From Geosiphon pyriformis uo1 (lineage: Eukaryota; Fungi; Glomeromycota), in contig JAAOMT010000697.1 in assembly GCA_016748015.1 (NCBI GenBank), positions 887,152 through 951,151 of the forward strand: a DNA stretch of 64,000 bases, read 5' to 3'. The notes below the pieces were generated by a model, which saw only the letters and a list, made by a program, of their open reading frames with translations, was not told where the DNA came from and searched no databases. Position numbers and translations under genes: made by a program. Shown piece by piece: positions 33,538 to 47,400 of this stretch (position 1 is the first letter of the stretch; each line of letters begins with the position of its first letter).

Positions 33538-35628
33538 ATCTGAACTATAAGTGCTGCTGGTGAGAGTGGTTCCTTCTTTTTTCTTCTTTCTCTTTCTCTT
33601 ATCAGTTTCTTCCCACTCCCAGTTGGCTGGTTTGTCTTGGTCATTATCAGTTTTCCAGTTTTGGTTGGTTTTCCAGATAAGTTCTTTGTTTTTCTTCCCT
33701 TTTCCCTTATCGTCCCAAGAAAGTATCAGTAGTAGCTCATTGTGGTCTTTATTGGTCCATAAGACTTGGTAGGCTTCTCAGGTTAGTTTTCTTGTTTTTT
33801 TTTCAAACTCGATAAGTGGTTGGGTGTTGCTTGGCTTAAAGTGGCTACAAGTGGCTGGTGTTCACATATGCTGACCACCAAAAATTAATTGTAGTTTTTG
33901 GGTGGTCCAATCAAAGGTAGCGTGAGTTTTCGACAACCAGTCATTGCTTACCAGAGTCTGGTATTGTGTGACTTCTATCACAAAGACTTTGATGAGTACT
34001 GTGATGCCATTAATTTTGATAAGTAAGTTGTCTATTTTGCCTATTGGAGTTTTGGTTGCTCCATCAGCTGTGATGATTCTTGCATTGGCAGTTCAGTCAA
34101 CTTGGCAACCTAATTGATCCATGAGTTGCCTTGTTATGATGCTGCCAGCTGATCCACTATCTAAGATCAGTTTGATGGCATGGCCATCAATTTTGGCATT
34201 CGTATAAATGGCAGTGATTGGCTTCTCTTCCAGAGCTGCTCCACTGAATAATGGAATTTTGATTGTTTTTTTCAAGTTGAAGGGAAAGATGGCCACAAGC
34301 AATTCATCATTGGTGACAGTTGCTGGTGGAATGTTGTTGATAAGTGTTTGTTGTTGGTTGGATCCCGAATTGTTGGTGGTGGTGTTTTCTGGGGTACTCA
34401 GGAGACTTAAATAGTTCTGGGAATTCAGGCTTTGGGTGGCACCAGTACCCAAATTCTGAGAACGCAATTCTGCTGGTGAGTTGAAAGGGCTGGGGATTAA
34501 TTGATAGACAACCATCACCAATCTCTAATTTTGTGTAATTCTAGATCTGGGGTGGCCTGATGTCATATTAACTGAATTTTGGGGTGGTGTCTGAATATAT
34601 TGGGGTTAATATATTACTTGTGGCTGTGGTTGATATATTATGGATGGCTGCAGTTGATATATTGTTGGTGACTACAGTTGATAAACTGGAATCTGATATA
34701 CTGGTGCTTGGTAAATTGGCTGCTGCATTATTGGCAGATAAGTGTTTTGATATTGTTCCTGATTTTGTTGATATCTCAGAGTTTGAAATTGGCAATCAGG
34801 GTTTCTATTATTCTGAGTTGGTGGTGTCTGAATATTCAGAGTTTCAACTTCTAAATTTACTGAATTTAAATTTTGCTGGTTCTGAAGATTCGGGGTTTCA
34901 AATTCCAGGTTTTCAGTAATCAGGTTCTGGTAAGTGAATTCTTGATCCTCAGTTTCTTCTTCTTCCTCTTCTTCTGATTCCATTATCTTCCATGGATCAG
35001 AGATTCCAAAATCTGGTAGAGGTGGTGGTGATTGAATTCCTAATGGCATTGGTGATTGTGTTTTAAATTTCTCGAAATATTCGCTGTATGGTCCTAATGA
35101 CTCCACTTTCTTTTGTTTACTTTGGAATGAGAATTGTCCAAATGTTGATGTTGCGTTTGGTGTGGATGCGTCTGCAGATAAAATATTGATAGTGCTTCTG
35201 AATGTGTGATAATATGATGGATATAATGGGGATTCAATTCTTTGTTTCTTCCAGGTTGATAGTTGTATCCCTTTAGACATTACTGCTGGTATTTGTAACC
35301 TTCCTTTACCTTTGTCTGTATACATAATAAGAAATTGTTGTTGCACGTATTTTTTAATAGTTTGATTAATTTCCCTAATGATTGGGGGGAAACTGTGATT
35401 TCTTGGTAAGCTGGTGTGTTGAAATAATTCTGTATAGAAATTTTCTCTTGCTGATTCGATATTAACGGTTTCTCTTAAACAGTCTGTGATTTTATCATTG
35501 ACATAATAATTGAAGGCTGATTCGGCTAAATAATGGTTGTTGTTTAGTCTTAATTGTTGGCTGTATTTTTGAAACAAGAATTTGGCAAATCCTAAGTGAT
35601 TGGCTCCTATAATTTCTGATTCTGCCAC
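33538..35628 (-). pseudogene. gag: gag (capsid/CCHC deleted) and protease of gypsy C
   Basis: ORFs 34672-35628 and 34093-34521 (LILDSGSAGSII); joins 12460 across A. Confidence 0.88.
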
Positions 35629-35687
35629 TGTTGATTAGTTGTTGGTGTTGGTTCTCTATAAGATTATACCTCACAGGAAGCACCAAA

Positions 35688-36574
35688 TATTACAGGTGAT
35701 TTTTTGGGGTGTCAAGTGAATAACACACATAACTTGGTGCACAAAGCAATTAGTGACAATGATAATCTAAAGGTATTTTATCTGAAGGTTTTCTAATCAA
35801 GTTCTTTATATAATAAACAGAGATTCAATGGTAACAGTTTATTAGTAGTTTCCTGAAGCCGTAGTTTTGTCGATTGCTTGCTCAGCTTGATGGTTGATGA
35901 TTCTCTTGGTACAATATCCTCCATAAGTGTATACTAGTGCTGTTTCCTGACATCAGTTCCTCTGTAAGTTCTCCAAGAGTAAGTATTGTTTAAGCAAGTT
36001 TATTCCTCTGTAAGTTCTCCAAGAGTAAGTATTTTTTAAGCAAGTTTTATTCCTCCGTAAGTTCTTCAAGAGTAAATTCTTTAATCAAGTTAGTAGACAA
36101 CAAAGAAATAAAGAAAAATAAAAGAGAAAATAAGAAATAAGCCAAGGCAATTTGCAAGTTTAGTATTCTATCAATAGCTGTGATCAAGAGCTATTGTTCA
36201 AGTATGGTTAAGTATCAATTACTATCAACATGAAGTATTGATAGTGAAGAATGAATTTGATATAGTGAATAATTATTTATTTTAAGGATTGTGGTAACTA
36301 AGCTAAGGATTCTTGGTGTCGATTTTTCTTTTTCTGCTTCTAACACTACTGCTATATATACATATTTGAGATTCCTCAATTTCTTGCAATTCCTGATGAA
36401 AGGAATCCTGCAATTTTGGAATCCTGCAATTTTTTGTCAGAGAATTCTGAAATTCTTGGAATCCTGCAATTCTTCTGAGAGGAATCTTGGAATTCCACAT
36501 TTACTATATCTACATCTGATTGGCTAATATTTACTGACTAATAATAATATATTTTCTATATTCTATAAATAACA
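35688..36574 (-). repeat. 5' LTR of gypsy C
   Basis: Direct repeat of 6223-7148, adjacent to the PBS. Confidence 0.92.
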
Positions 36575-39500
36575 CCGAATAGCAACAGGCAGCAAATGAT
36601 ATAAGGTTTTTATAAAATATGTACACAAGCCAGCAGAAGATTTGCTTATGAAATCTGCAGTCATATGCAAATTAAAATGCCACACCAAAGAAGAACTCAG
36701 CCAATCAATGTTTAATAGTAAATTACCTGCTAGAACTTTAGAACCAGAACCAATCTCCCAATACACATAATAAACAGATCTAAAAATATCATGAATGAAA
36801 TGCTTAGAATTACCAGAAATGAGATTATTATCAGCCAAAAGGCAATGTCTTTTCAAATGGGGGGGAGAGAAAAAAACCAATCAGAAAGGGAAGCAACAAC
36901 AGCAAGAGCATCCATATGATCATTCTCCACAACACCCAAGTAATTTTTCACTTTAAGCCACTCCACTCTCAAATTTTTATGACAAATAATATTCATAATA
37001 TGCTGATGTTTTACCCAGCACTGATTGTGAAAATCTGGACAAACTAAATGTAGTTCTGACTTGCATATATCTAATGCAGCCTAATTATCAGAATGTAAGT
37101 GCACTAAGCTAAAAAAAGAAACACACTCAAATACCAGAGCTATGATCTGTAGCTCTGTTAAAGTAGAGGATAACAAACTGAAAACTTTTATACCCAAACT
37201 CAGACCAATGTCTTCAAAAAAGACAGCAATATTAGCCTTCTTATATATAGTGCCCAAATCTCTTAGAGAACTATCTATATAGATAAACAGACCACCAGCA
37301 CTAACACAAGACAACCAATTACATACCAATTTAAACTCTCAAGACTCAAAAATACTTAAAAGACTACCAATATTTTCAAAAAAAAAGGACAAATAGAAAG
37401 AAAAGCCATATTATTGAGAAAAGCAACAGAAAGACTAAACTAATCAGGAACTGGACCACAAGGATCTAATCTTTTCTACCACTTAAAAGTCTTCTAATCA
37501 AAAATAGCACCATAATGATCACAAAACTGATCCATGAAGGCAATGCCATAATAACAGAGAGAAGGAAAACACATATAAAATTTAGATTCACCAAGAACCA
37601 CTGACATAGGAATCCCACTCTAATAACAAAAAGAATTACTCAAAAAGCCACTTAGAGACAAATTGTATTTTAAAAAAATATGGACCACACCAGCTAAAAA
37701 ATTATTTGAAAAACTGACATGAATACACACCAGAGAACTCAAAGAGTAAATGGAATGCTAACACAAAACCTGCAAGTTATGAGACTTATAGGAGAACAAA
37801 TGACCCAAAATCTTATTAGAGTTTGCAAAATTCACAAGTGATGCTATTTTACCTTCAGACTGCATCTGTTCAAAAGATTTTAAATCATAAAAGAAAGAGT
37901 GATAAATCGTATCACTCGGGAAGTCAAGAGAAAGACCAGATTTTAACTTAAGACCTTTGCAAATTAGAACATCCTATTTGTTGCACACATCAAAAAGAAT
38001 AAAGCTAAACTAAGTTCTATAACTTACAATAGGATAGAGAACTGCCAAAACCAGGTACAAAAATTGCTTATCTGAGATGGCCTTTCTTAGCACAAAGTTG
38101 GAGAAAAACTGAATCTCAGACTGCACTTTGGCCAAGCTAGGCTTTGAAAAACCCTCAGTTAAAAAAAAAATGTCTAGGTAATAATGCAATTCCTTTTTTT
38201 TGACAATAGCAATAGGCAAGCCACTAATAAACAAAAAAAAATTACTAACTTTACAATTAATAAGGATAACAACAGTCTTGTTTGTGTTAATAAAAATGTC
38301 ATTGACCTGAAAAAATTTACTGGCAACATTGAGAATATGCTGGGTAGCACTTTGACTACTGCCAATCCAAATTATATTATTGACGAAAACCCCAACAGCA
38401 AAGAAAAAAGACAATCTAGCACTAAGTTCTAGATGATCATTTTTTAAGATAAAATAAGAATTTAATCTGTACCCATACACATTCTCCTGTTTTTTGACTT
38501 CACAAAAGAAGAGATCATAGAATATGCACCAGAAAAATGGTGAGAAGACTTTTCTCTGATCTAAACCATCATGAACATAATAATCATCAGTTAAGCCAAA
38601 GTCAATCATAACCCTATTGATGCAATTGCAATAAATACTACCAAAAAAATGTATAAACTTGCTATATATTTTAATCCTAATTAAAGTATTCTTAAGATGC
38701 TCTTAACCAACAAAATCATATGTCTTTCACATGTTCTATAAAACCAGCCAAAGTTCATGGTTCTTCTTTAAAGCATTCTTTATTATCAAACTAACTGCAA
38801 AAATGGGTAATTGTGTAGTTATATTTTTCAGGACAGAAAAGTTATTACCACAAAGAACATTAAAGGTACTACATGCCAGAAAAATTTTATCAGACAAGAT
38901 CTTGAAGAGAATCTTATAAGTTGTTTCAATTAGAGCAATAAGATGGGTGTTTATGAAAATGCCCTCCTATTTATATGGTTTAGAGATTATTGAGACCCAA
39001 GTCTCTTTCCAAAAACTGAACACTGATTTATAAAACAAACAAGTATTCAAAAGCTCCAAAAGCAGACCCAAAACAGATTTGTCACAGGACTTTCAGAGTT
39101 CATTGAGAATACCAGAAAGACCAGCAGTTTTGTCATTAAGCAGATCAGAAATTACATCAAACAACTCATCAAAATCAATCGAATGTATCACATCTAAAAA
39201 TACACTATCAAAAACATATTCCAAAGACTAATATTGATGAGACTATTTATTAAAGATATCAGCAACCACCTTGCATTTCTTAATCTACCCTTTCATAATC
39301 ACATCCACCTTAGTCTTGACCAAACCAGACTTTAGAATCAATTTATTACCAATAACCAGATGGTCCAATTCCATTTTATGGAAAGAACATTTTAAAACTC
39401 TCTTAATAGTATGATCTTTATCAAAAGCAAAACTCTCCATATGCCTATTAATAATGAACTTAATACTTGACTTTTGAGCTCTCAAAAATTTGGCAAGTTT

Positions 39501-40691
39501 AGAAGTGTAATAAATCTTTCATACACCAAAAAGAGCAGATCTAACATAATCAAAACTTACATCAGAATTCAAAAAAATTTGTATTGCCAAGGCTTTATCA
39601 GGATCCAAAGAAGTCCAATGGTCTATCAAAGATGTAAGCCTAACAGAGTTTTTTTCATAAGAGGTCTTAACAATTCTTGAAATCAAAATTTCCAATTTGT
39701 GAAATCTAGAAGAACTTTTAATGAAGACATTATTAAAGCCTTTAAATCATTTCTTCTTAAACATTTTATTAGCCAAAAAAACTATTACCTTATGAACAAT
39801 ATTTCACATAGAGTCCAGATCAGAAAACACCACAGAGAAAACAAATTTATCAGAAAACATGGCAGCATTTGCTGCTATTAACACCTTGAATTCACCCCAC
39901 TTAATCTTATCAGCACCCTTAATATCAAACTTCCAATAATCTATATTTACCTGTTTGTAAAGAGAGTTCAACTGTGCATTTAATAATCCACCCAAACTCA
40001 CAGACACAAAAACAGTCTGGTGATTAGTATCAAAATGTTCACTAACATCCAAAATGTCACAATATACTAATGCACTAACCAAATTTGAAGAAACAAATAT
40101 GTAATCAATTGTTTTTACAATCTTCTAAGAATTTGTTCAAGTAGGTGTTTACACTGCCAAACTCCCAACCAAAGAATTGACTAATTTCAGATCAAGGCAT
40201 TTTTTAAAGCTGACATATTTATGAGAACCATTTTCATTGAAATCACCACCAAGAACAATAAAAAAAGATTCATTTACAGCTCTAGCCATGAGTAAATTGA
40301 TTTTATTAACCTAAAAAAGACAGACTGTGAAAGAAGCTTTAGTATAAAGCCTTAAAATTGAAACAGAAAGCTTATTTCTAAAAAGCAACTTGATAGAAAA
40401 GAGCCAATCAAGTACCTCAGAAATCTTATACACATGTCTCACCAAAGAATTGTTTATAACCACAGCAACACCTGACTCCAAGTGAGCAAAGTTCAAACCA
40501 AAAGTAAACACATGGACATCACCAAATTTGTTAACAATCCATAAATGTATTTTCTTTTTTAGCTTAGTTTCCATAAAAATTGAAATCAGATTGTTTATGT
40601 TCTTATGCCAATGCACAATATCATCTTGCTTTGCAGGATTGTTTATGCCTTTAATATTGCATATAGCAATTTTTCAGATCAGATCTATCAT
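36575..40691 (-). pseudogene. LINE-2 ORF2 (APE endonuclease, RT, RNase H)
   Basis: Fragments 40311-40616, 39804-40082, 38010-38609 and 37081-37329 align with LINE-3/4 ORF2. Confidence 0.88.
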
Positions 40692-42483
40692 TGAGAAGAA
40701 AGAATAATAGGAACCAAACTAGCATTGTCTATTTTAGCTAAAAGATCCATAACTGTGATTGACAGATTGTTCAAAGTCTTCTCTATTTTTGAAATAGTTA
40801 AGGGATCAAAAATTACTGCTTCCACAATAGTCTTACTACTAGTAACCACATCCAAACTCTTACTTATTACTATATCTGCTCCTTAATTCTGTAATGAAAG
40901 GATCACCAACAGTTGACATTCAGGACTAGACTAGAAAACCATTGGCTTAGATGTTTTTAATCTCTTAGCCAACTTATTAATATATTCTGTGAGGCTGATA
41001 AAACTATGCTCAAGAGCAGCAAACCTAACATTCAAATCTAAAAACATAGGCGGAGAAGATTCCATCTCCAAAAAGGAACCAAAATGAGCTAAACTACTAT
41101 GAACAAAGAGAGAAAAGAAAAAAAATCCACCAACTATTTTCACCCAAGAGACACCACCAAAAGAAACTGAATAAACAATTAGTGTTGAACATTTGGTATA
41201 GATAACAGACAGCCTGCTTTTATCCATGTCTAAAAAAATTCTACAAACTAAGGCATCAGAAAAAACACTCTTCCCACTAGTTATACAGTTTAAAGACATA
41301 TGACCAGAGTTCTCACACTTCAAACACTTAGCCAAGACAAGACAAAACCAGCACAAATTAGCACTTCTCAGAACTAGTGTAGTTCTCATGATAGTATTTA
41401 AAGATTCAGCCAAGTCAAAACAAACAGTAGCATACTTGGTCCAAGCATAAAAAACTGAATAATAGTCAATGACACAAGTTTTTCTACCCATTGAGACAAC
41501 ATAATCCCAAATATTATGTCCATTGGTTCCCATTGGCAGAGTGTACAAGAGAGTCTTGTGTACATTCCTCACATCCCAAAATTTTTTGTTCATATTAGAT
41601 CTAGCAATATGTACTGTATCTTTCCTGATTAGGATAAACCATTTTGCTGTAACCAAATCAGTGTGATCTGAATGTTCAAACTCAATTAATGTTTTTTGTC
41701 ACAGTCTTACCAATTGCATTTTGATTGACTTAATTATACCAAACTTGGATAGTGTGATATGCACAGCCTCAGCTAATGTTTTAACTGGAATTTTCTTCAA
41801 TACCACAGTCCAATCTAAACAGCCAGAGAATTTTTTGAGATTAGTATTAACCACAATTTTTGCACTAGTAGTCTTTTTGGTGGCTTTCATTAGACCCAAT
41901 TTAAAGATAAACATTGCTCTAATTATTCCAGCAAATTTTGAAAGAATAGAAACCTCCCCAAAACCATTGATTCTAGAAAATAACTTTCTAATAATAGCAC
42001 ATTTTTCTTAAGATGTTTTGTCAACCATCTTATCTAGACCAATATTTAGAGTAAAAAATTTTTTAACAGGAACATTGACCAAGTTTTTCAAAGGGGGGGG
42101 GAGAGAACCACAGGACTATTCAAAAGAACATTATTATCATTACCACCTAATAAGAAATTAATCTTTCCTAATGGTTTACTTAATGCCTTTTTAGTTTTGA
42201 CTTTTGAGTCTGTGAGCATTTGATTAAGATCACTACCAGTAAGAGCACTGTCTTTACCATAATTGAAGCTGGTCTCTTCTATTAAACACTTCTTCTCTAT
42301 ATTAATACTATTAGACTCAGTAGTGTCACCAGTTTCTGAACTCCATAAGCAGCTATTCTGAACTTTAGAACCAACTTTCTCACCACCAGAACCATTTTTT
42401 AGAATGCCACCCCTTCTTTTTTTTCTTGAAAGAACAGGTCTAAAGCCATTATTAGAACCAGAAACTTTAGCAGTCTTCTTCAT
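40688..42483 (-). pseudogene. LINE-2 ORF1 (nucleic-acid binding, one CCHC knuckle)
   Basis: ORFs 42088-42483, 41699-41914 (RRM-like LSKFGIIKSIKM) and 40931-41656 (CCHC). Confidence 0.8.
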
Positions 42484-42629
42484 GACAGCAATACTACAAC
42501 CAATGGTAACCTTATAATCAAGAATAAAGAGTTTAGATTTATTGTACTGAATTGTAAAAAACTTCTTTCAAAAAACTTATTTGACTTTTTTTTGGAAATT
42601 TGGGATAAAGAAGAGAAAGAAGTTTTTTA

Positions 42630-44350
42630 TAATTTTATTTTTAATTAATAATTTTAGTTTAAAATTATTTAATTATTAATTAATTATTACAAATTAATTT
42701 AATCAAAATTTATATTGAAAATCAATTTTTTTTTTTAATTTACTATTGTTTAAAATTTACAATTGTAATTAATATTTTAAAATTAATTAACTTTTAATTT
42801 TAATAATTAATTAATTAATTCCAAATTTAAACCAAAAATAATTCTTTTTTATTTTATTTTATTTTATTTTATATATTATTAAATAACCAACAATCAGAAA
42901 ATCAATATAAAAATCCTAATTACTGGTTTTAAACTCTAAATTATATTCAGAATCAAGAACAATATTAACATCAAATTTCATATCAACCAATAATATAGCA
43001 ATTTATATATGTAGATTACAGTCAAAATTTTTTGTAAAAAAATTGATTTTTACAGCAAAATAATTACATATTATTAAAAAAGAAATTTTTGTAAAAAGAC
43101 TAATTTTTATTGCAAAATAACTATACAAAATAATTAATACAAAATTGGTTATTTTATTATAAATCTAATAATATATACAGTTTAAAATATAAAAAAATAC
43201 TTTTAAAAAATAAATTAGCTTATTAAAAATTTATTAATTTTTATTAACAACAAAATAATATTAACAATATTAAAAAAAAAAAAAATCTTTAATAATAATA
43301 AATAATTTTTACTCTAATATTATTTTTAAAATTAAATTAATCTTAAATAATTATTTGTTTTATTTGCTATTTAGTTTTAAAATTCAATATAAAATTATTT
43401 TATGTAAATTTTGTTTTTAATGTTTTTTTGGTTATTGTTATTAAAATTTCTATTAATAATTTTTTTTTTAACTATATTTAAAATTTTAGTTTTTTGTAAT
43501 AGTTTTTTTTTATCTGTTATTGTATTTTATAATATTTTTGGTGTTTTTAGTATTATTATTTTAATTAAATTAAAATTTACTGGCTTATAACAATATATTA
43601 TTGTTTATTTTAAAAACTTTTTATTTGCTATTGCTATTTTTATTTATTAATTTGTGCTAATTAGAAAAAACAATATTAAAATTTTAATTAATTAATTAAA
43701 AAGAAATTATAATTTCAAAAAATATTTTTAAAACCAAATTAATCAATTTTTTTTGGTTGTATTGTCTTTAAAATTAGTAATTTAATTTTTTAAGTTAGTA
43801 ATTATATATGTTTTATCTTTTATTTTTTTATTTTTATTATTATTAATATTTTATTGTTGTAATTTTTAATTTTTTAAATACTTTAAGCTCAATTGTTTTA
43901 AAAACTAGAACTTTATATAAATATTAATATTATTAAAAATATTAAAGTTTAAAATATTTGGCTTTAAATTATTGTTTTTTATTTCCAAGTTTTTTTTTAA
44001 GTTTATTAATAACTATAAGTCTTTTAATTTATTTTTTATTAATACAAAATTATATACTAATGTTTTTTTTTGTTGTTTTTTTTTGTTGTTTTTGCTATTA
44101 ATTTTTAATTAAACTTAAATTAAAATTTTTAAAATATTAAAATTTTAATTTGGCTGTTTTAATTAAATTTGTTATTAAACTAATTAATTTTTGATTATTT
44201 AATTATTGTTCTCTTGATTAAAAATATGTGTAAGAATTTTAAAATTGAAAAAAATTTGATTATTATAATAAATATTATTAAAAATTATATTAATTTTTTG
44301 ATTGGTTTGTCTAAAAATTTTGTTGGTTTTAAAATTAAAATAAAATAAAA
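42630..44350. other. Extremely AT-rich low-complexity spacer (also ~5100-5500 and ~51240-51650)
   Basis: Almost only A/T, no ORF of 60 aa or more, and a weak ~60-bp direct repeat at ~43021-43130. Confidence 0.8.
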
Positions 44351-44482
44351 TTTTTTTTTTATTTGCTTATTGAGTGAGGTCCAAATACTATCTAGTGCTA
44401 TACATCAAAAAAATAATCTAAACTAGGCATGAATCATGTACTTTCTACATATAACTAGCCATTTGAACTGATCAGAACAACA

Positions 44483-47400
44483 CTATGCAACTATGTAAAC
44501 TGAAACCAGATCATTTATATCCAAAAAAAACAAACAGGGTTTGCGAAAGCCAAACCAAATATTAAAAGCATCAGTAATACCAAGCAATTTGACCACTCCA
44601 GCAGAAAATCTCAAAGTCAAACCAGAAACCGAAATAATAGCTGAACCATCAAAAAAAATTAACTCATTCCTCTCCATATAAGCTCAATATTTAGCACGAA
44701 CTGACCAAACATCTTCTCTAAAAACTAGACTAAGAGAACATACAAACTTGACAACCTCCAAACTAGCAATCTTAGGATCATAGAAGACAGAAACAGTCTT
44801 ATAATACCAACCACTAAAAACAAAACCCTTATAAAGAGCCATGAATACAGAGGAATCAAAACCACAGGACAACAGCAGTTGCAAAACACCAGAAGAAAAA
44901 TGAGATAAGCTGAAAACTGCTTTTTAGAAGTTTACATGAGATTCCAGTATTTGATGTCAAACAGATCCATTGATCCTATAAGAAAACACATGATCTGACA
45001 TTTCAACATTACCACAATATAAGCACAATACACTAAGATAAAGTCTACTATAAAAGTGCTTCCGTACAGCAACCAGCAGTCAATGATGCAAAGCTTTCAT
45101 AAAATATGTGTATGTATTAGCTGAAAGTTTGCTAGTAAAACCAGCAGCCATGTGCAAATCAGGATGCCACACCAAAGATGAACAAAGCCAATCAACTTTG
45201 GGAATCAAACTGCCCATCAAAAACTTGGAACCAGACCCAACCTTCCAGTGTACATAACAAACAGAATGATAGAATTGCCAGAAATAACACTACCATTAGC
45301 CACTATAAAATGTTCATCCAAGCAAGAAGGAAGACACCAACTAGAGAGAGAGGCAGTACTAGTAATCATGTCAGTATGTTTATTTCCTAAAAAGCCAGAA
45401 TGATCCTTTATCTTGTGCCAATTAATCTTTAAATTCTTACTACAAATGCCATTAACAATATGTTGACGCTTGACCCAGCACTTATTGCAAAAGTTAGGAC
45501 ACACCAGACCCAATTCCAACTTACAAGCATTCAAAGTAGATTGACTATCCGAAAACAAGTGAACAGAGTTAGATATGAGAACACACTCTAGAGCCAATGC
45601 AATAGTCTGTAATTCAGCCATAGTCAATGACATCAAACTAGATACACCAACTCCCAAATTTAAATTAATGTCCTCAAAAAAAGCAGCAGTGCCAGCTCTA
45701 CAGCCAACTGTGCTCAAATCCTTTAGAGACTCATTCATATACACAGATAAACTACCAAAACTAAACCAAGAAAGATGGTTGCAAATAGACACAAAATCAT
45801 TAGAGCCAAGAATGCTCCAATAGCCAATTCTACTCAAAATCAAGAGATGAGCAGAGGAAAGAGCTAAACTATTGAGAAATGCCACAGAAATCTTAAACCA
45901 ATCAGAAACAGGGCCACAGAGATCCAGCTTCTTTCACCACCTAAAAATACACCAGTCAAAGACAGCACCATGACAATCCTAAAGTTGATCCACAAAAACT
46001 ATACCATACCAATAGAGAGAAAGAAAAAACTTGAGAAATCTAGACTTGCTCAAAACAGTAAACATAAGAGTTCCATCATAAAACCAAAAAGAATTGGCCA
46101 AAAAGCCACCCAGGAACAGATTGCACTCAAAAAAATGTGAACCATGTTTACCAAAAAGTTATTTGAAGCACTGACATGCACACAGACAGGAGAACTCAAT
46201 AGATGAACAGGACACTAACACAAAACTTGTAAATCATGAAACCTGTGAGAAAACAAGTGACTTAAGACTTTACCAGAATTCACAAAATTAACTAGTGAAA
46301 CAACATTACTTTCAGACTAAACCTATAAGAAAGATTTCAAATCATAAAAAGAAGGATGGTGAATTGTGTCACTAGGAAAGTTGAGCAGTAGACCAGATTT
46401 AAGCTTTAAGCTTTTGCAAATCAGAGCATCTCACTTGTTGCACATACCAACAGAGATAAAGCTGAATTACATTCTATAACTAACTATAGAATGGAGAACT
46501 GCTAATACCAAATACAAGAGCTGTTTATCCAAGATAGCTTTTTTTAGAACCAGATTGGTGAAAAAACAAACATCTGAATTTGCTTTAGCCAAACTAGACT
46601 TCGAAAGACCCTCAGTTGAGAGAAAAATACTTAAATACCAATGAGATTCATCTTTTTTGGCAATGGAGATCGGTGATCCACTAATGGAAAGAGAAAGATT
46701 ATTGGCTTTGCTGTTAATAGGAATGACTACTGTCTTGTCATTATTAATAGAAATGTTATTAATCCAAAAGAAATTGTTAGCAATATCAAGAATATGTTAA
46801 GTAGCTCTCAGACTGCTACCAATTCAAATTGTATCATCAACAAAAGTGCCAGCAGCAAAAAAAAAAGAAAGCCCAGCCTGAGTCTTAGCATAACCACTTT
46901 TGGAAATAAAATGAGAATTCAATCTATATCCACATATACTCTTCTGATGCTTGATTTCACACAATAAAGGGTCATAAAATATGTACTACAGAAGAGAAGA
47001 AAACACCTCTTCTTGGTTCAAACTGTTATGTACACAATAACTACTTGTCAAACCAAAATCTGTCATAACTCTATTGGTGTGATTTCTATAAATACCACCA
47101 AAAAAATGAATGAACTTGCTGCATATTTTAATCCTAACCAAACTTTTCTCAAGATGCTTCCAGCCAACCAAATTGTATGCTTTCCGCATGTCTTACAAAA
47201 CCAGTCAAAGCTTCTGGTTCTTTTTCAAAGCATTCTCAATAACTAAACCAATAGCAAAAATAGGAAACTGAGTCAACGTACCCTTCAAAACCAAAAAATT
47301 GTCCTCATAAAAAACATCAAAAGTGCTGCATGCCACAGAAATCCTGTCAGAGAGAATCTTGGAAAGAATCTTACAAGTCATCTCAATTAAAGCAATAGGA

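Larger units (their letters stand above)
6223..36574 (-). mobile_element. Ty3/gypsy LTR retrotransposon copy C (dUTPase family; capsid-deleted), split by element A
   Basis: LTRs at 6223-7148 and 35688-36574, TSD CCAA/CCGA, PBS 35669-35685, PPT ~7149-7161. Coding sequence at 9288-12460 and 33538-35628. Confidence 0.92.
5506..42630 (-). mobile_element. LINE-2: full-length APE-type non-LTR retrotransposon with RNase H, split by the 30.35-kb gypsy stack (segments 5506-6222 and 36575-~42630)
   Basis: ORF1 ~42483-40688 has a CLKCENSGHMSLNC knuckle. ORF2 ~40691-36575 plus 6222-5641 has APE (ETKL, GGDFN, DTNH), RT (PIAL, GLDQ) and RNase H. The 3' UTR matches LINE-3, with a T-run at 5506-5516. The junction rejoins across TSD CCAA/CCGA. 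Confidence 0.9.

Noticed and set aside
44330-44360. Target-site duplications of the LINEs
   Set aside because: The flanks are low-complexity AT, so no convincing duplication could be read.
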